NCBI GenBank assembly: GCA_963676795.2
Contig: CAXXTB010000001.1
Coordinates: forward strand, 256,001 to 320,000
DNA from: Geopsychrobacteraceae bacterium
Lineage (GTDB): Bacteria > Desulfobacterota > Desulfuromonadia > Desulfuromonadales > Geopsychrobacteraceae
DNA: 64,000 bases
Direction of reading: 5' to 3'
Position 1 is the first letter of the stretch. Every line of letters starts with the position of its first letter. Below are positions 1 to 11,810 of this stretch, piece by piece. The position numbers and the translations under genes were made by a program. Under the pieces are notes generated by a model. It was not told the origin of the DNA. It was given only the letters and a program-made list of their open reading frames with translations, and did no database searches.

Positions 1-2
1 AG

Positions 3-1019
3 GCGATCCTGCGTGAGCTGCGCCGCGGCGGCCAGGTCTACTTCGTCCATAACCGGGTGCAGACCATCGACGCCATGGCCGAACAGCTCGCCCAACTGGT
101 TCCTGAAGCGAAGATCGCCGTCGGCCACGGCCAGATGCCGGAAAAAGAGCTGGAGCAGGTGATGCTCGACTTCATCGACGGCAAGAGCAACATCCTGGTC
201 GCCTCGACGATCATCGAGAACGGCCTCGATATCCCGCGTGCCAACACCATCATCATCAACCGTGCCGACTGCTTCGGCCTCTCCCAGCTCTATCAGCTGC
301 GCGGCCGGGTCGGCCGCAGCGACAGGCGCGCCTACGCCTACCTGCTGATCCCCGGCGAAGCCGGGTTGACCAGGGAGGCGCGCGAACGACTGCGCGTATT
401 GCAGGAACTGACCGAACTGGGCGCCGGTTTCCGCATCGCCAGCCACGACCTGGAACTGCGCGGCGCCGGCGACCTGCTCGGCGGCAAGCAGTCGGGCCCG
501 ATCGCCGCGATCGGCTTCGAGCTCTACACCGATCTGCTCGAGGAGACGATCGCCAAGCTACGCGGCCAGGAACTTGAAGAGAAGATCGATCCGGAAATCC
601 GCCTCGGCCTGTCGGCCTTCTTCGCCGAAAAATACATCCCCGACCCCAACCAGAGGCTGCAATTCTACCAGCGTCTGGCCGGTGCGGAAGATGACGAGCA
701 GCTGTTCGACCTGGTCGAAGAGCTGCGTGACCGCTACGGCGAGCTGCCCCATACCGGCGAACTGCTGATCGGCACCATGCGCCTGCGCATTCAGCTCAAA
801 AACCTGGCCATCGAACTGCTCGAGTATGACGGCAACCGGCTGAGCCTGACATTTCATGCGTCAACCAGAGTCTCTCCCGAGCTGATCCGTGAACTGATCA
901 CCAGCGAAGGGGAAAGGTACCGCCTGGGAGCCGATTTCAGACTGAGTATCAGCATCGGCAAACATAAGGAAAACGAGCTGATTGAGCTGGTTCGAAAAGA
1001 ATTGCAGCGGTTTTTCTGA
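3..1019 (+). CDS. mfd: Transcription-repair coupling factor, C-terminal part (5' end outside window)
   Basis: SF2 helicase motifs (HGQM, TIIENGLDIP, QLRGRVGR), TRG motif DLELRGAG and C-terminal TRCF domain. Confidence 0.97.
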   Translation, partial: AILRELRRGGQVYFVHNRVQTIDAMAEQLAQLVPEAKIAVGHGQMPEKELEQVMLDFIDGKSNILVASTIIENGLDIPRANTIIINRADCFGLSQLYQLRGRVGRSDRRAYAYLLIPGEAGLTREARERLRVLQELTELGAGFRIASHDLELRGAGDLLGGKQSGPIAAIGFELYTDLLEETIAKLRGQELEEKIDPEIRLGLSAFFAEKYIPDPNQRLQFYQRLAGAEDDEQLFDLVEELRDRYGELPHTGELLIGTMRLRIQLKNLAIELLEYDGNRLSLTFHASTRVSPELIRELITSEGERYRLGADFRLSISIGKHKENELIELVRKELQRFF

Positions 1020-1209
1020 CTGTGCTAGTTTCTGTCCGGAAACCGCCCTTTTCCGCAATCTCGGCGTCATTCTGCGTATTTGCTTGTGCGGCGTAAAGTA
1101 CTACGCCTCCGCCCAAATGCTTGACTTCCTTGACCTTGCGAAAAATTACTGGTTTCCAAAACAGAAACATTCTCTGAGACTATTATGGTGTAGCCGAGTG
1201 CATTCGACG

Positions 1210-2166
1210 ATGAAAATGGTTCTTCTGCTGTTGAGTTTTCTGCTCATGGCCGCCTGTCAGCAACAGCCGGAGACTGGAGCTCCGCAGCAATCTCAACCCT
1301 TTCTCGTGGTTGGTGACAGGCATATCTCTGTCGACCAGTTCAGCCGGGAGATGAAAGCAGCCTATCCGCAGGTTGACAGCATGAGCGGTGAAGACCGTCG
1401 GCTGCTCGAGAAGCAACTGACCAAACAGCTGATCGATCGCGAACTGATCTTTGGCGAAGCGGCCCGACTCAACATCAGCTACACTCCTGATGAACTGGAC
1501 GACGCCATGGTCGACGTCCGTGGCCAACTGACCCAGGACGAGTTCTTCCAATTGCTCAAGGACTCTGGGAAAACCCCGGAAAATTGGGTCGAAGCACTGA
1601 AACTCAAATTGCTGACAACCAAGGTCATCAACGCCGTTCTCGCCGATCAGATCAGAATCAGCGACCAGGACGCTATCAGCTACTACCGGACCCACAAGCC
1701 AATGTTCGACCGCCCGGAAGAGATCCGTGCCAGGCAGATGCTTTTCAAAACCCGGGAAGATGCTCTGAAGATCCTTGCCCGCCTCCATGACGGAGAAGAC
1801 TTTGCCGAGCTGGCCAGGGACTACTCGCTGTCGCCCGACAGTGAAAACGGCGGATCGCTCGGTTACTTTGCCCGCGGCCAGCTGCCGGAAGAGTTCGACA
1901 AGGTTCTCTTCAAACTGCCGGTCAGACAGGTCAGCAACCCGGTCAAAAGCCCCTACGGCTACCATCTGTTTCTCGTTGAACGCAAACGAAACGCCGGCCT
2001 GCGCCCCTTTGCCGCGGTCAAGGACGAGATCATCGAACTGCTGAGCCAGGAAAAAGAAGAGCTGGTTTTTCAACAGTGGCTGGACAAACTGCAAAAGACA
2101 ACGCAAACTACGGTCAATTGGGAACTGCTGGAAGAGGAAAAACCGAAACCTCTGAAGGCCCCTTAA
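1210..2166 (+). CDS. Parvulin-type peptidyl-prolyl isomerase lipoprotein (PrsA/SurA-like)
   Basis: Lipobox-like LMAAC after MKMVLLLL; rotamase motifs GEDFAELARDYS, GGSLGYF, VKSPYGYHL. Start moved from 982 to ATG 1210 because the longer ORF overlaps mfd. Confidence 0.88.
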   Translation: MKMVLLLLSFLLMAACQQQPETGAPQQSQPFLVVGDRHISVDQFSREMKAAYPQVDSMSGEDRRLLEKQLTKQLIDRELIFGEAARLNISYTPDELDDAMVDVRGQLTQDEFFQLLKDSGKTPENWVEALKLKLLTTKVINAVLADQIRISDQDAISYYRTHKPMFDRPEEIRARQMLFKTREDALKILARLHDGEDFAELARDYSLSPDSENGGSLGYFARGQLPEEFDKVLFKLPVRQVSNPVKSPYGYHLFLVERKRNAGLRPFAAVKDEIIELLSQEKEELVFQQWLDKLQKTTQTTVNWELLEEEKPKPLKAP

Positions 2167-2187
2167 TACATTATCAAGGACGAAAAC

Positions 2188-3132
2188 ATGATGCTGAAAC
2201 GGAAAGCTCTGCTCATTTTGCTGATTCTGCTGGTCGCCGTCTCACCGCTGTCGGCGAAAACGATCTCCAGAATTGCCGCGGTGGTCAACAACGACATCAT
2301 CACCACCTATGAGCTCGAACAGGCTTTCAACAAGGTTCTCATCGCTACCCCCAACAGCGACAGCTTAAGCCCGGAACAGCGTAAAAGCCTGACCGATTCG
2401 ACTCTCGACCGGCTGATCAACGACAAGCTGATCGAGCAGCGCATCAAAGAGCTCGAACTGACCGTCGGCGAAGCTGAAATCGACAGCGCTGTTGAAAACG
2501 TCCGTCAGCAAAACAACCTGACCACAGAGCAGATGCTCCAGGCCCTCAACTCTCAGGGCATGACCATGGAGAGCTACCGGGAAAGGCTCAAAAAAGAGAT
2601 CCTCAACTACAAACTGGTCAACCGCGAAGTCTACAGCAAGATCCTGGTCACCAGCGCCGATGCCCGTCAGTATTTCGATGAGCATCTTGAGGATTACAAG
2701 GTCACCTGGAGTATCAGTGTCAACCGTCTCAGTTTTGCTCTGCAGGGGGATAACCGTGCAAGCCAGGAGCAACGCCTCGCCGAGAGTCGCAAGAAACTGC
2801 TCAAGGGGGAACAGTTCGATGAACTGCTGGCCGATCTGCAGGGGGACGACATCAGCGGCGGTGCAATGAACAACCTGATGTCAACCGACCTGGCCGAACC
2901 GATCCGCGACCAGCTTAAAGACCTGAAACCCGGCGATGTCAGCGAAGCACTGGAACTGGGCGGTCAACTCCACCTGTTCCAGGTCACCGCCCGCGATTCA
3001 GGGGCAGATACCGCTTTTGAGAAGGCCAAACCGTCGATTGTCGAGAAACTGCAGAAAGACAACTCGGACATGAAGTTCAAGGAATGGAGCCAGGGGCTGC
3101 GGGAAAACGCGGAGATCGACATTCGCATCTGA
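2188..3132 (+). CDS. surA: SurA-family periplasmic chaperone
   Basis: Signal peptide, RIAAVVNNDIIT SurA N-terminal motif, position next to pdxA. Confidence 0.8.
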   Translation: MMLKRKALLILLILLVAVSPLSAKTISRIAAVVNNDIITTYELEQAFNKVLIATPNSDSLSPEQRKSLTDSTLDRLINDKLIEQRIKELELTVGEAEIDSAVENVRQQNNLTTEQMLQALNSQGMTMESYRERLKKEILNYKLVNREVYSKILVTSADARQYFDEHLEDYKVTWSISVNRLSFALQGDNRASQEQRLAESRKKLLKGEQFDELLADLQGDDISGGAMNNLMSTDLAEPIRDQLKDLKPGDVSEALELGGQLHLFQVTARDSGADTAFEKAKPSIVEKLQKDNSDMKFKEWSQGLRENAEIDIRI

Positions 3133-3271
3133 GCCCTTCTCCCAGTAATTGCATGCTTTATTGCCCCGACGTAGGTCGGGGCTTTCTGTTTTGCACCATG
3201 CCCGCCCCTTGTCCTGCCCGTTTCAAATCCGCTATAGTGTTCTTTTGCCTCAATAAAGGAAGAAACACCTG

Positions 3272-4288
3272 ATGCTGCCTCTGCTGCTGACCATGGGGGA
3301 CCCGACAGGCGTCGGCCCGGAACTGATCATCAAGACCCTGCTCGACAGCTCCTTTGCTCAGCTCGATCATCCGCTCGAGATCGTCGGCGATGTCGAGGTG
3401 CTGGTCAAAGCTGCCACCGTTTTTGATCAGAACTGCCGGGTCGAGCAGATCTCCGCGGACCTCTACCGTCTCTGCTGCGGAGATCGGCAGCTGATCGTTC
3501 ATAACCGCTCCAATCTCTCCGTCGCAGACATCAGCTATGGCCAGCCGGATCAGCAGTGTGGCAGGGCGATGGCCGACTACATCGAATACGCGACAGCCCA
3601 GTGCCTCGCGGGCAAGGCTGCCGGGATCGTCACCTGCCCGATCAACAAGGCCGCCATCAATGCGGCCGGCTGCCATTTTCCCGGCCATACCGAGCTGCTC
3701 GCGCAGCGCTGTAACTGTGACAAGGTGGTGATGATGCTGGCCGGTGACAGGCTCAAAGTCTGCCTGGTGACAACCCACCTGGCCTACCGCGATGTGCCTG
3801 CGGCATTAAGTGCGGAAGAGATCCTCGAAACGATAAATATTACCGATGCTGCATTTAAAAGTTATTTCGGTCACAAAAAACCGCGTTTGGCGGTTCTGGC
3901 CCTCAACCCCCATGCCGGCGAAAACGGCCTGTTCGGCGATGAGGAAGAGCGACTGATTAAACCGGCGATCGCCGCAGCACAGGAACTGGGAATCGCCGCA
4001 GACGGTCCGCACAGCGCCGATACGCTCTTCTATTTCGCCGCCAAAGGGGAGTACGACGCTGTCATCTGCATGTACCACGATCAGGGGCTGATCCCGCTCA
4101 AGCTGCTCCACTTCGAAGACGGGATCAATGTCACCCTGGGGCTGCCGATCGTGCGCACCAGCGTCGATCACGGTACCGCCTATAACCTGGCCGGAACCGG
4201 CAAGGCAAATAATTCAAGCCTGCGTGCGGCACTTAAAATGGCCGACGAGATGGCAGCGAATCATCGCATGCTGACAAAGTCAGCATAA
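3272..4288 (+). CDS. pdxA: 4-hydroxythreonine-4-phosphate dehydrogenase
   Basis: TMGDPTGVGPE, GHTE, LNPHAGE, MYHDQGLIP and RTSVDHGTA motifs. Confidence 0.97.
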   Translation: MLPLLLTMGDPTGVGPELIIKTLLDSSFAQLDHPLEIVGDVEVLVKAATVFDQNCRVEQISADLYRLCCGDRQLIVHNRSNLSVADISYGQPDQQCGRAMADYIEYATAQCLAGKAAGIVTCPINKAAINAAGCHFPGHTELLAQRCNCDKVVMMLAGDRLKVCLVTTHLAYRDVPAALSAEEILETINITDAAFKSYFGHKKPRLAVLALNPHAGENGLFGDEEERLIKPAIAAAQELGIAADGPHSADTLFYFAAKGEYDAVICMYHDQGLIPLKLLHFEDGINVTLGLPIVRTSVDHGTAYNLAGTGKANNSSLRAALKMADEMAANHRMLTKSA

Positions 4289-4315
4289 ATCGACATGCCT
4301 GTTCCAAGCATATAT

Positions 4316-4775
4316 AAGCCGGGAACCGGCTTTGCGATTGCGCGAATTCAAGATGCAAAGCATCTTGTGTGAGCGTGAAGAGAATGGCAGCCCAAAGGCT
4401 ACGAAGAGTGCAGAAACCGTTTACGTCAATGTTTTCAAAGAGTTTTCTTTTGGTTCCGTTTTCTTTGTCGCCACAAAGAAAATGAACCCGGCTGGCGGGC
4501 CGGGACCCGCCGGTTCTGGTTTTGATGTTTGTTGATGTCTTACAAGGTCAAAACCTCGGGGTCGCGCCCCCGAACGGCGCCATACTCTTTTGTCTTGCCA
4601 CAAAAGAGTATGCAGAAAAGGGCAGTTTTTAATGCTGGCGAAGATTATCCTATTCACTTCGTAGGATCACACCAGCACCTGACAATGCGCCCCACGATGA
4701 ACAAGTTCATCTAATGGGCAGAATCGAAAAAACTCCGCACGCGGAGTTTTGAAGAAAAACAGTTGGAACAAGCTC
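4316..4775 (-). repeat. Dispersed structured intergenic repeat, copy 1
   Basis: Reverse complement aligns by eye with 47752-48180 and 8343-8622; multiple hairpins. Confidence 0.8.
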
Positions 4776-4806
4776 AGACACAATTATATCCGGAACTGGA
4801 CAAACC

Positions 4807-7623
<2,817 letters not shown>

Positions 7624-7947
7624 GTATGAGTCAATTGGCGCCCCTGTCCCTGCTGAACAAGGGCGCCAGCAACTCCACCAGGGGAAGTAACCCATTTTCT
7701 TCACCCGTTTTAATGTCTCTACATACGCAAATTTTGCAGTTCTTGACAGAATTTGTCGTTATCGGCTGTTTTTTCTTCCTTCAACTGAGGCAGATAATCC
7801 CGCGTCAGCTTCATGAAGCCTGACAAGCCCACTGGAATCAGGAAGCTATTTCTTTCTTTTCCCTGCCGCGTTGAAATCGGCATTTTCCGGCACGGCTCTT
7901 GCTCAACTATTGGATAAATAAAATGAAAAGTTTCCCAGGAGTTCAAA

Positions 7948-8340
7948 ATGAAAAGACAGCTGATCGCCCTCTTTGTACTCGTCGCTTTTGTCAGTGCCTG
8001 CGCCCCTCACCAGGCGCTGATTCAATCCGATCCACCTGGCGCCATGGTCGTCATCAACGGCCAGGAAGTCGGCGAAACCCCGGTTTACTTCGACTATGCC
8101 CTCAGCACAGGTAAACAGCACCAGGTCGAGCTGGTCCGCTATGGCTATGAAGATGTCAGCATGACCATCAAGGCCGACAAGACCGACAGCGGTGCCATGA
8201 AACGCTGGCTGGTCGCCGGAGCGGTCTGGAGCCCACTGTGGCTCGGCACTTTTTTCACCAAGAAACTCAAAGAGAGCTACATATTTGTCATGAAGCGCGA
8301 CGCCCCGGAAATGACCGCCAGTATCGATCCCGCATACTGA
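7948..8340 (+). CDS. PEGA-domain lipoprotein
   Basis: Lipobox VSAC; IQSDPPGAMVVING..GETP PEGA-like motif. Confidence 0.75.
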   Translation: MKRQLIALFVLVAFVSACAPHQALIQSDPPGAMVVINGQEVGETPVYFDYALSTGKQHQVELVRYGYEDVSMTIKADKTDSGAMKRWLVAGAVWSPLWLGTFFTKKLKESYIFVMKRDAPEMTASIDPAY

Positions 8341-8342
8341 TC

Positions 8343-8622
8343 GTTTCAACTGCTGTTAATCAAAACTCAGCATCGCTGAGTTTTTCCGGTTCTGCCCGCT
8401 GATGAGCGCAGCTCATCTTGGGGCGCGCTGTCAGGTGCTGGTGTGAAGCTACGGAGAAACGCAGGCAACCTGTCGACAATATAAATAGGGCGTTTTTGTC
8501 TTGCTTTTTGAGGCCCTGATCAAAAAGCAAGGCGGCGTGCGGGGCCGCGACCCCGCGACTTTGATCTTAATAAATGATCAGCATGAACAAACACAGAACC
8601 AACACCGGCGGTTCCCGGCTTG
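8343..8622 (+). repeat. Dispersed structured intergenic repeat, copy 2 (internally deleted)
   Basis: Starts GTTTCAACTG and ends CCGGCTTGAT like copy 3; hairpins show compensatory substitutions. Confidence 0.75.
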
Positions 8623-8806
8623 ATCTGCATGGAAGCAACATTGCCTGTCTCAGATTGCCCATATCTTTCCTTTTAAAATCAATATTTTCAGCAACTTGAA
8701 TCTTTCAAGTGAAAACAATAAATATCTTCACACTTGGCAAGTCTGCAGCAGTAGACTATGATGAGCTTTCCGATATTTGCATATTGTTCAACGAATGGAG
8801 CAGTTG

Positions 8807-9139
8807 ATGGCTATCAAGAAATGTCCGACATGTGGAGAACCTCTCAAAGGAGACTACTGGTGCAGCAAGTGTAAAACCGTACTCAAGTGTCCTCTGCCCG
8901 GCTGTGAAGCACCGGTCAAACCCGGCGCGACCGAATGTTCCCGTTGCGGATTGTTTTTTGAGGACTACCTGAAGAATCGCAAGATGTATCGGGTCTGCCC
9001 CAAGTGCAAGAAAAAACAGGGGCTTTCAGAACAGCAGTGCCGTCACTGCCGACATTGGTTCAACTGCCCGACCTGCGGCAGCAAAGTATCCACCAACGTC
9101 GTCCTCACCTGCCCGCGCTGCGGGACCAGCCTGCGCTAA
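8807..9139 (+). CDS. Multi-zinc-ribbon (DZR-like) protein
   Basis: Eight Cys pairs (CxxC, one CxxxxC) in about 110 aa; followed by hairpin GGGCGGTTT-CCTC-AAACCGCCC. Confidence 0.8.
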   Translation: MAIKKCPTCGEPLKGDYWCSKCKTVLKCPLPGCEAPVKPGATECSRCGLFFEDYLKNRKMYRVCPKCKKKQGLSEQQCRHCRHWFNCPTCGSKVSTNVVLTCPRCGTSLR

Positions 9140-9262
9140 AAGACCCATCGGGGCGGTTTCCTCAAACCGCCCCTAATTAAGATCCGCCATACTCCTTTCT
9201 GGACTTCCTCAAAAAAAACTGCTAACCTCCCGATAATTCACCTCTTTTGCTCCAGGAGATCC

Positions 9263-10681
9263 ATGTTTATCTTCTGTCTGCTCATTCTGTATGCTTTTTC
9301 GATCCTCTCGGCGGGGAACGCACTGCTGCGCAAACGCGACCCGCGTGCCGCCCTGGGCTGGATTGTCACCTGCCTCGCCTTACCCGGACTCGGAGCCGTT
9401 TTTTACTGGCTGTTCGGGGTCAACCGCATCCGTAAAAAAGCTCTGGAACTTCAGCGCCAGGGGCAGGGGATGCACTGGCTGCATGTCGATCAGCACCCAC
9501 GCTCTTGCGACCTTCCGCATTTCCCCACCGGTTCCACCAGCAAGGCACTGATTGAACTCTCCGACAGCGTGACCCGCCGCCCCTTGACCTGCGGCAACAA
9601 GATCGACATCTACCACAATGGCGATGAAGCCTATCCGGCCATGCTCGAAGCGATCGAAGCGGCGGAGCAGGGGATCTACCTGGCCAGCTACATCATGACC
9701 CCGGACCGGATCGGCAAGCAGTTTGCCGCCGCGCTGATCACCGCCGCCGAGCGCGGAGTGGATGTCCGGGTCATGGTCGATGCCGTCGGCGAGCTCTATT
9801 CGATCCGGAAAATCCACCGCCTGTTCCGCGGTACAAAGGTGAAAACATCCCACTTCATGCCGCTCAGCCTGGCCCACAGCCTCTACTTCAACCTGCGCAA
9901 CCACCGCAAGATCCTGGTCGTTGACCATTCCACCTGCTTTACCGGTGGCATGAATATCCGCGAACGCCACATGGTCAAGGACAACACCAGCCCGCACCGG
10001 GTTGTCGATGTTCACTTCCGCTTCAAGGGCCCGATCTGTGGCCAGCTGCGCGATGCCTTCATGGAGGACTGGCACTACGCCACCAACGAGCAGCGCAAAC
10101 CGAAGGAATGGCCGGTCTCGCCGGAATTCGGCACGGCCTGCTGCCGCGGAATCACCGCCGGTCCCAACGAACCACACGAAAACCTCAACTGGATTCTGAT
10201 CGGGGCCCTAAGCTGCGCCAAATCCCATGTGCGGATCATGACTCCCTACTTTGTCCCCAACCGCGCCCAGCTGGCCGCCATCAACACGGCCGCCCTGCGC
10301 GGCGTGCGGGTCGATATCCTGCTGCCGGAAGAGAATAACCTGCCCTTCGTCGGCTGGGCCGCCAACGCCTACCTGTTCGAGGTGCTCGAGTACCACAACA
10401 ATGTCTACTTCCAGCCGCCCCCCTTCGTCCACAGCAAGCTGATGATGGTCGATGACGAATACGCCCTGGTCGGCTCGGCCAACTTCGACCCGCGCAGCCT
10501 GCGCCTGAACTTTGAATTCAACGTTGAAATCTACGACAAAAAGACCATCAGTGATCTGATCACTCATTTCGACCAGTGCCGTGAAAATTCACGCCAAATC
10601 ACCCTTGAAGACGTTGATCAGCGCAGCCTGCCGGTCAGACTGCGCGATTCTTTCTGCAAACTCTTCTCCCCTTACCTGTAA
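9263..10681 (+). CDS. cls: Cardiolipin synthase
   Basis: N-terminal TM helices plus two HKD motifs (NHRKILVVD, HSKLMMVD). Confidence 0.93.
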   Translation: MFIFCLLILYAFSILSAGNALLRKRDPRAALGWIVTCLALPGLGAVFYWLFGVNRIRKKALELQRQGQGMHWLHVDQHPRSCDLPHFPTGSTSKALIELSDSVTRRPLTCGNKIDIYHNGDEAYPAMLEAIEAAEQGIYLASYIMTPDRIGKQFAAALITAAERGVDVRVMVDAVGELYSIRKIHRLFRGTKVKTSHFMPLSLAHSLYFNLRNHRKILVVDHSTCFTGGMNIRERHMVKDNTSPHRVVDVHFRFKGPICGQLRDAFMEDWHYATNEQRKPKEWPVSPEFGTACCRGITAGPNEPHENLNWILIGALSCAKSHVRIMTPYFVPNRAQLAAINTAALRGVRVDILLPEENNLPFVGWAANAYLFEVLEYHNNVYFQPPPFVHSKLMMVDDEYALVGSANFDPRSLRLNFEFNVEIYDKKTISDLITHFDQCRENSRQITLEDVDQRSLPVRLRDSFCKLFSPYL

Positions 10682-10693
10682 AGGAGCGCAAAA

Positions 10694-10885
10694 ATGCCGG
10701 TTATCAATCTGGATGGCCCACCGATCAAAGATCTGGACAAAAAAAGGGAACTGGTCAAAACCGTCACCAAGGCTGCGGCAGAAGCCTTTGGCCTGCCGGA
10801 ATCGACGATTATTGTGCTGTTTCGGGAATACTCGGGAGAGAATGTTGCCAGTGGCGGAACGCTGATTGCCGACAGGCAAAAGTAA
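10694..10885 (+). CDS. 4-oxalocrotonate tautomerase family protein (DmpI-like)
   Basis: Pro-1 after Met, 63 aa, C-terminal ENVASGG; RBS AAGGAG. Confidence 0.9.
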   Translation: MPVINLDGPPIKDLDKKRELVKTVTKAAAEAFGLPESTIIVLFREYSGENVASGGTLIADRQK

Positions 10886-11034
10886 ATTCTGCGCAAACGG
10901 ATAAATGCAGTATTTGATTTTTCATTATCCAATCGGATAATGCGCAACTATCTGTTATTGTTTTATTCTATAAATTTAAATCGGTCTATGTCGCAATTTA
11001 TTACGACATTTAGGCCATCTAACTACCGTTATAT
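10886..11034 (+). other. attI-like integron recombination site and AT-rich promoter region
   Basis: ATCTAAC-TACC-GTTATAT at 11017-11034; GTTATAT is exactly complementary to the R'' box ATATAAC (11533-11539) closing the first cassette; upstream palindromes CATTATCC/GGATAATG and ATGTCG/CGACAT. Confidence 0.6.
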
Positions 11035-11049
11035 TCTAAAGGCATTAAA

Positions 11050-11538
11050 ATGAATGATCCAGTAATTGAACTGTTGCTGCAACTGAAAGGCATTAAATGG
11101 GTTGCTTACCTAATTGTCTTTGTCTTGGTTGTTGTCGGGATAGCAAACTTTACTGATTCTCTAAGAAAAATATATTCATTTGGAAAAGACATATTAGTTC
11201 ATTACCAAAAAAGAACATTGACCGATAATGATTTAAAAAATGAAGGTTTTGCTGTGGCAAAAAATCTCATGGAGTTTGTAATAGAAAGGCAAAATAGCGA
11301 GCCACAGATCAATTTTACTGATTGGGACAAATCAACAAAAGCGCAAATGAAGTTCTCAACAGAGACTCAAAACATATTCTTCAAAGATTATGCAGGCAAA
11401 GTTGCCCATTTACGCGATGAGTTTTCAAAAAGAGATCTAAAAGATGAAAACCTAGACAGATTCTACCAGCACCCAACAAACTATATCGGCTTACGAGAAT
11501 TAGCTGCTTCAATAGCAACTCTGTCAGAAAAAATATAA
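11050..11538 (+). CDS. Cassette 1: hypothetical protein with N-terminal TM helix
   Basis: AT-rich ORF; stop codon lies inside attC R'' (ATATAAC). Confidence 0.8.
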   Translation: MNDPVIELLLQLKGIKWVAYLIVFVLVVVGIANFTDSLRKIYSFGKDILVHYQKRTLTDNDLKNEGFAVAKNLMEFVIERQNSEPQINFTDWDKSTKAQMKFSTETQNIFFKDYAGKVAHLRDEFSKRDLKDENLDRFYQHPTNYIGLRELAASIATLSEKI

Positions 11539-11615
11539 CAACTTAATGTCTTTAGACAAATCAAGCGATCTTTCACAATAGAAGACATATTTCTCCCTTT
11601 AACTGGGTTATGGGT

Positions 11616-11810
11616 GTTTAAAACTGGCGATAATGTCTCTTCGGCTCTTCAGGCTGAGAGCAGGTCTACCTTACGGGCCATGTCTTAAACGGTATTCGCA
11701 TCGAGTGGCGGTGACGATCAAGCTGATCATCTGCTGTTGCAGTGACGATTAAATTGCGGCCATCTCGATGCGAAGGGATGTTGCTTTAAATCCTGTGTCT
11801 ACTGGTCTGC
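11616..11810 (-). ncRNA. Putative bridge/seek RNA of IS110 copy 1
   Basis: Two internal-loop hairpins whose loops match the attC target (11748-11756, 11717-11723) and the IS circle junction (11665-11670, 11633-11640); exact ends unknown. Confidence 0.75.

Noticed and set aside
982..1209. N-terminal extension of the PPIase ORF
   Set aside because: Overlaps mfd and precedes a clear signal peptide starting at 1210
4332..4714. Short ORFs in the pdxA-uvrA gap and at 47709-48016
   Set aside because: They are translations of the structured repeat and the frames are not conserved between copies
7624..7900. Possible degraded minus-strand gene after uvrA
   Set aside because: Only short broken frames; no family could be recognised
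11559..11566. AATCAAGC inside the IS end as a second target site
   Set aside because: The left arm does not match the guide; the sequence is explained as the -35 box of the junction promoter
11680..11686. ATGTCTT as a donor guide segment
   Set aside because: It matches the IS end, but it lies in the predicted closing stem (pairing with 11616-11628); 11633-11640 fits the loop geometry better. An alternative fold is not excluded
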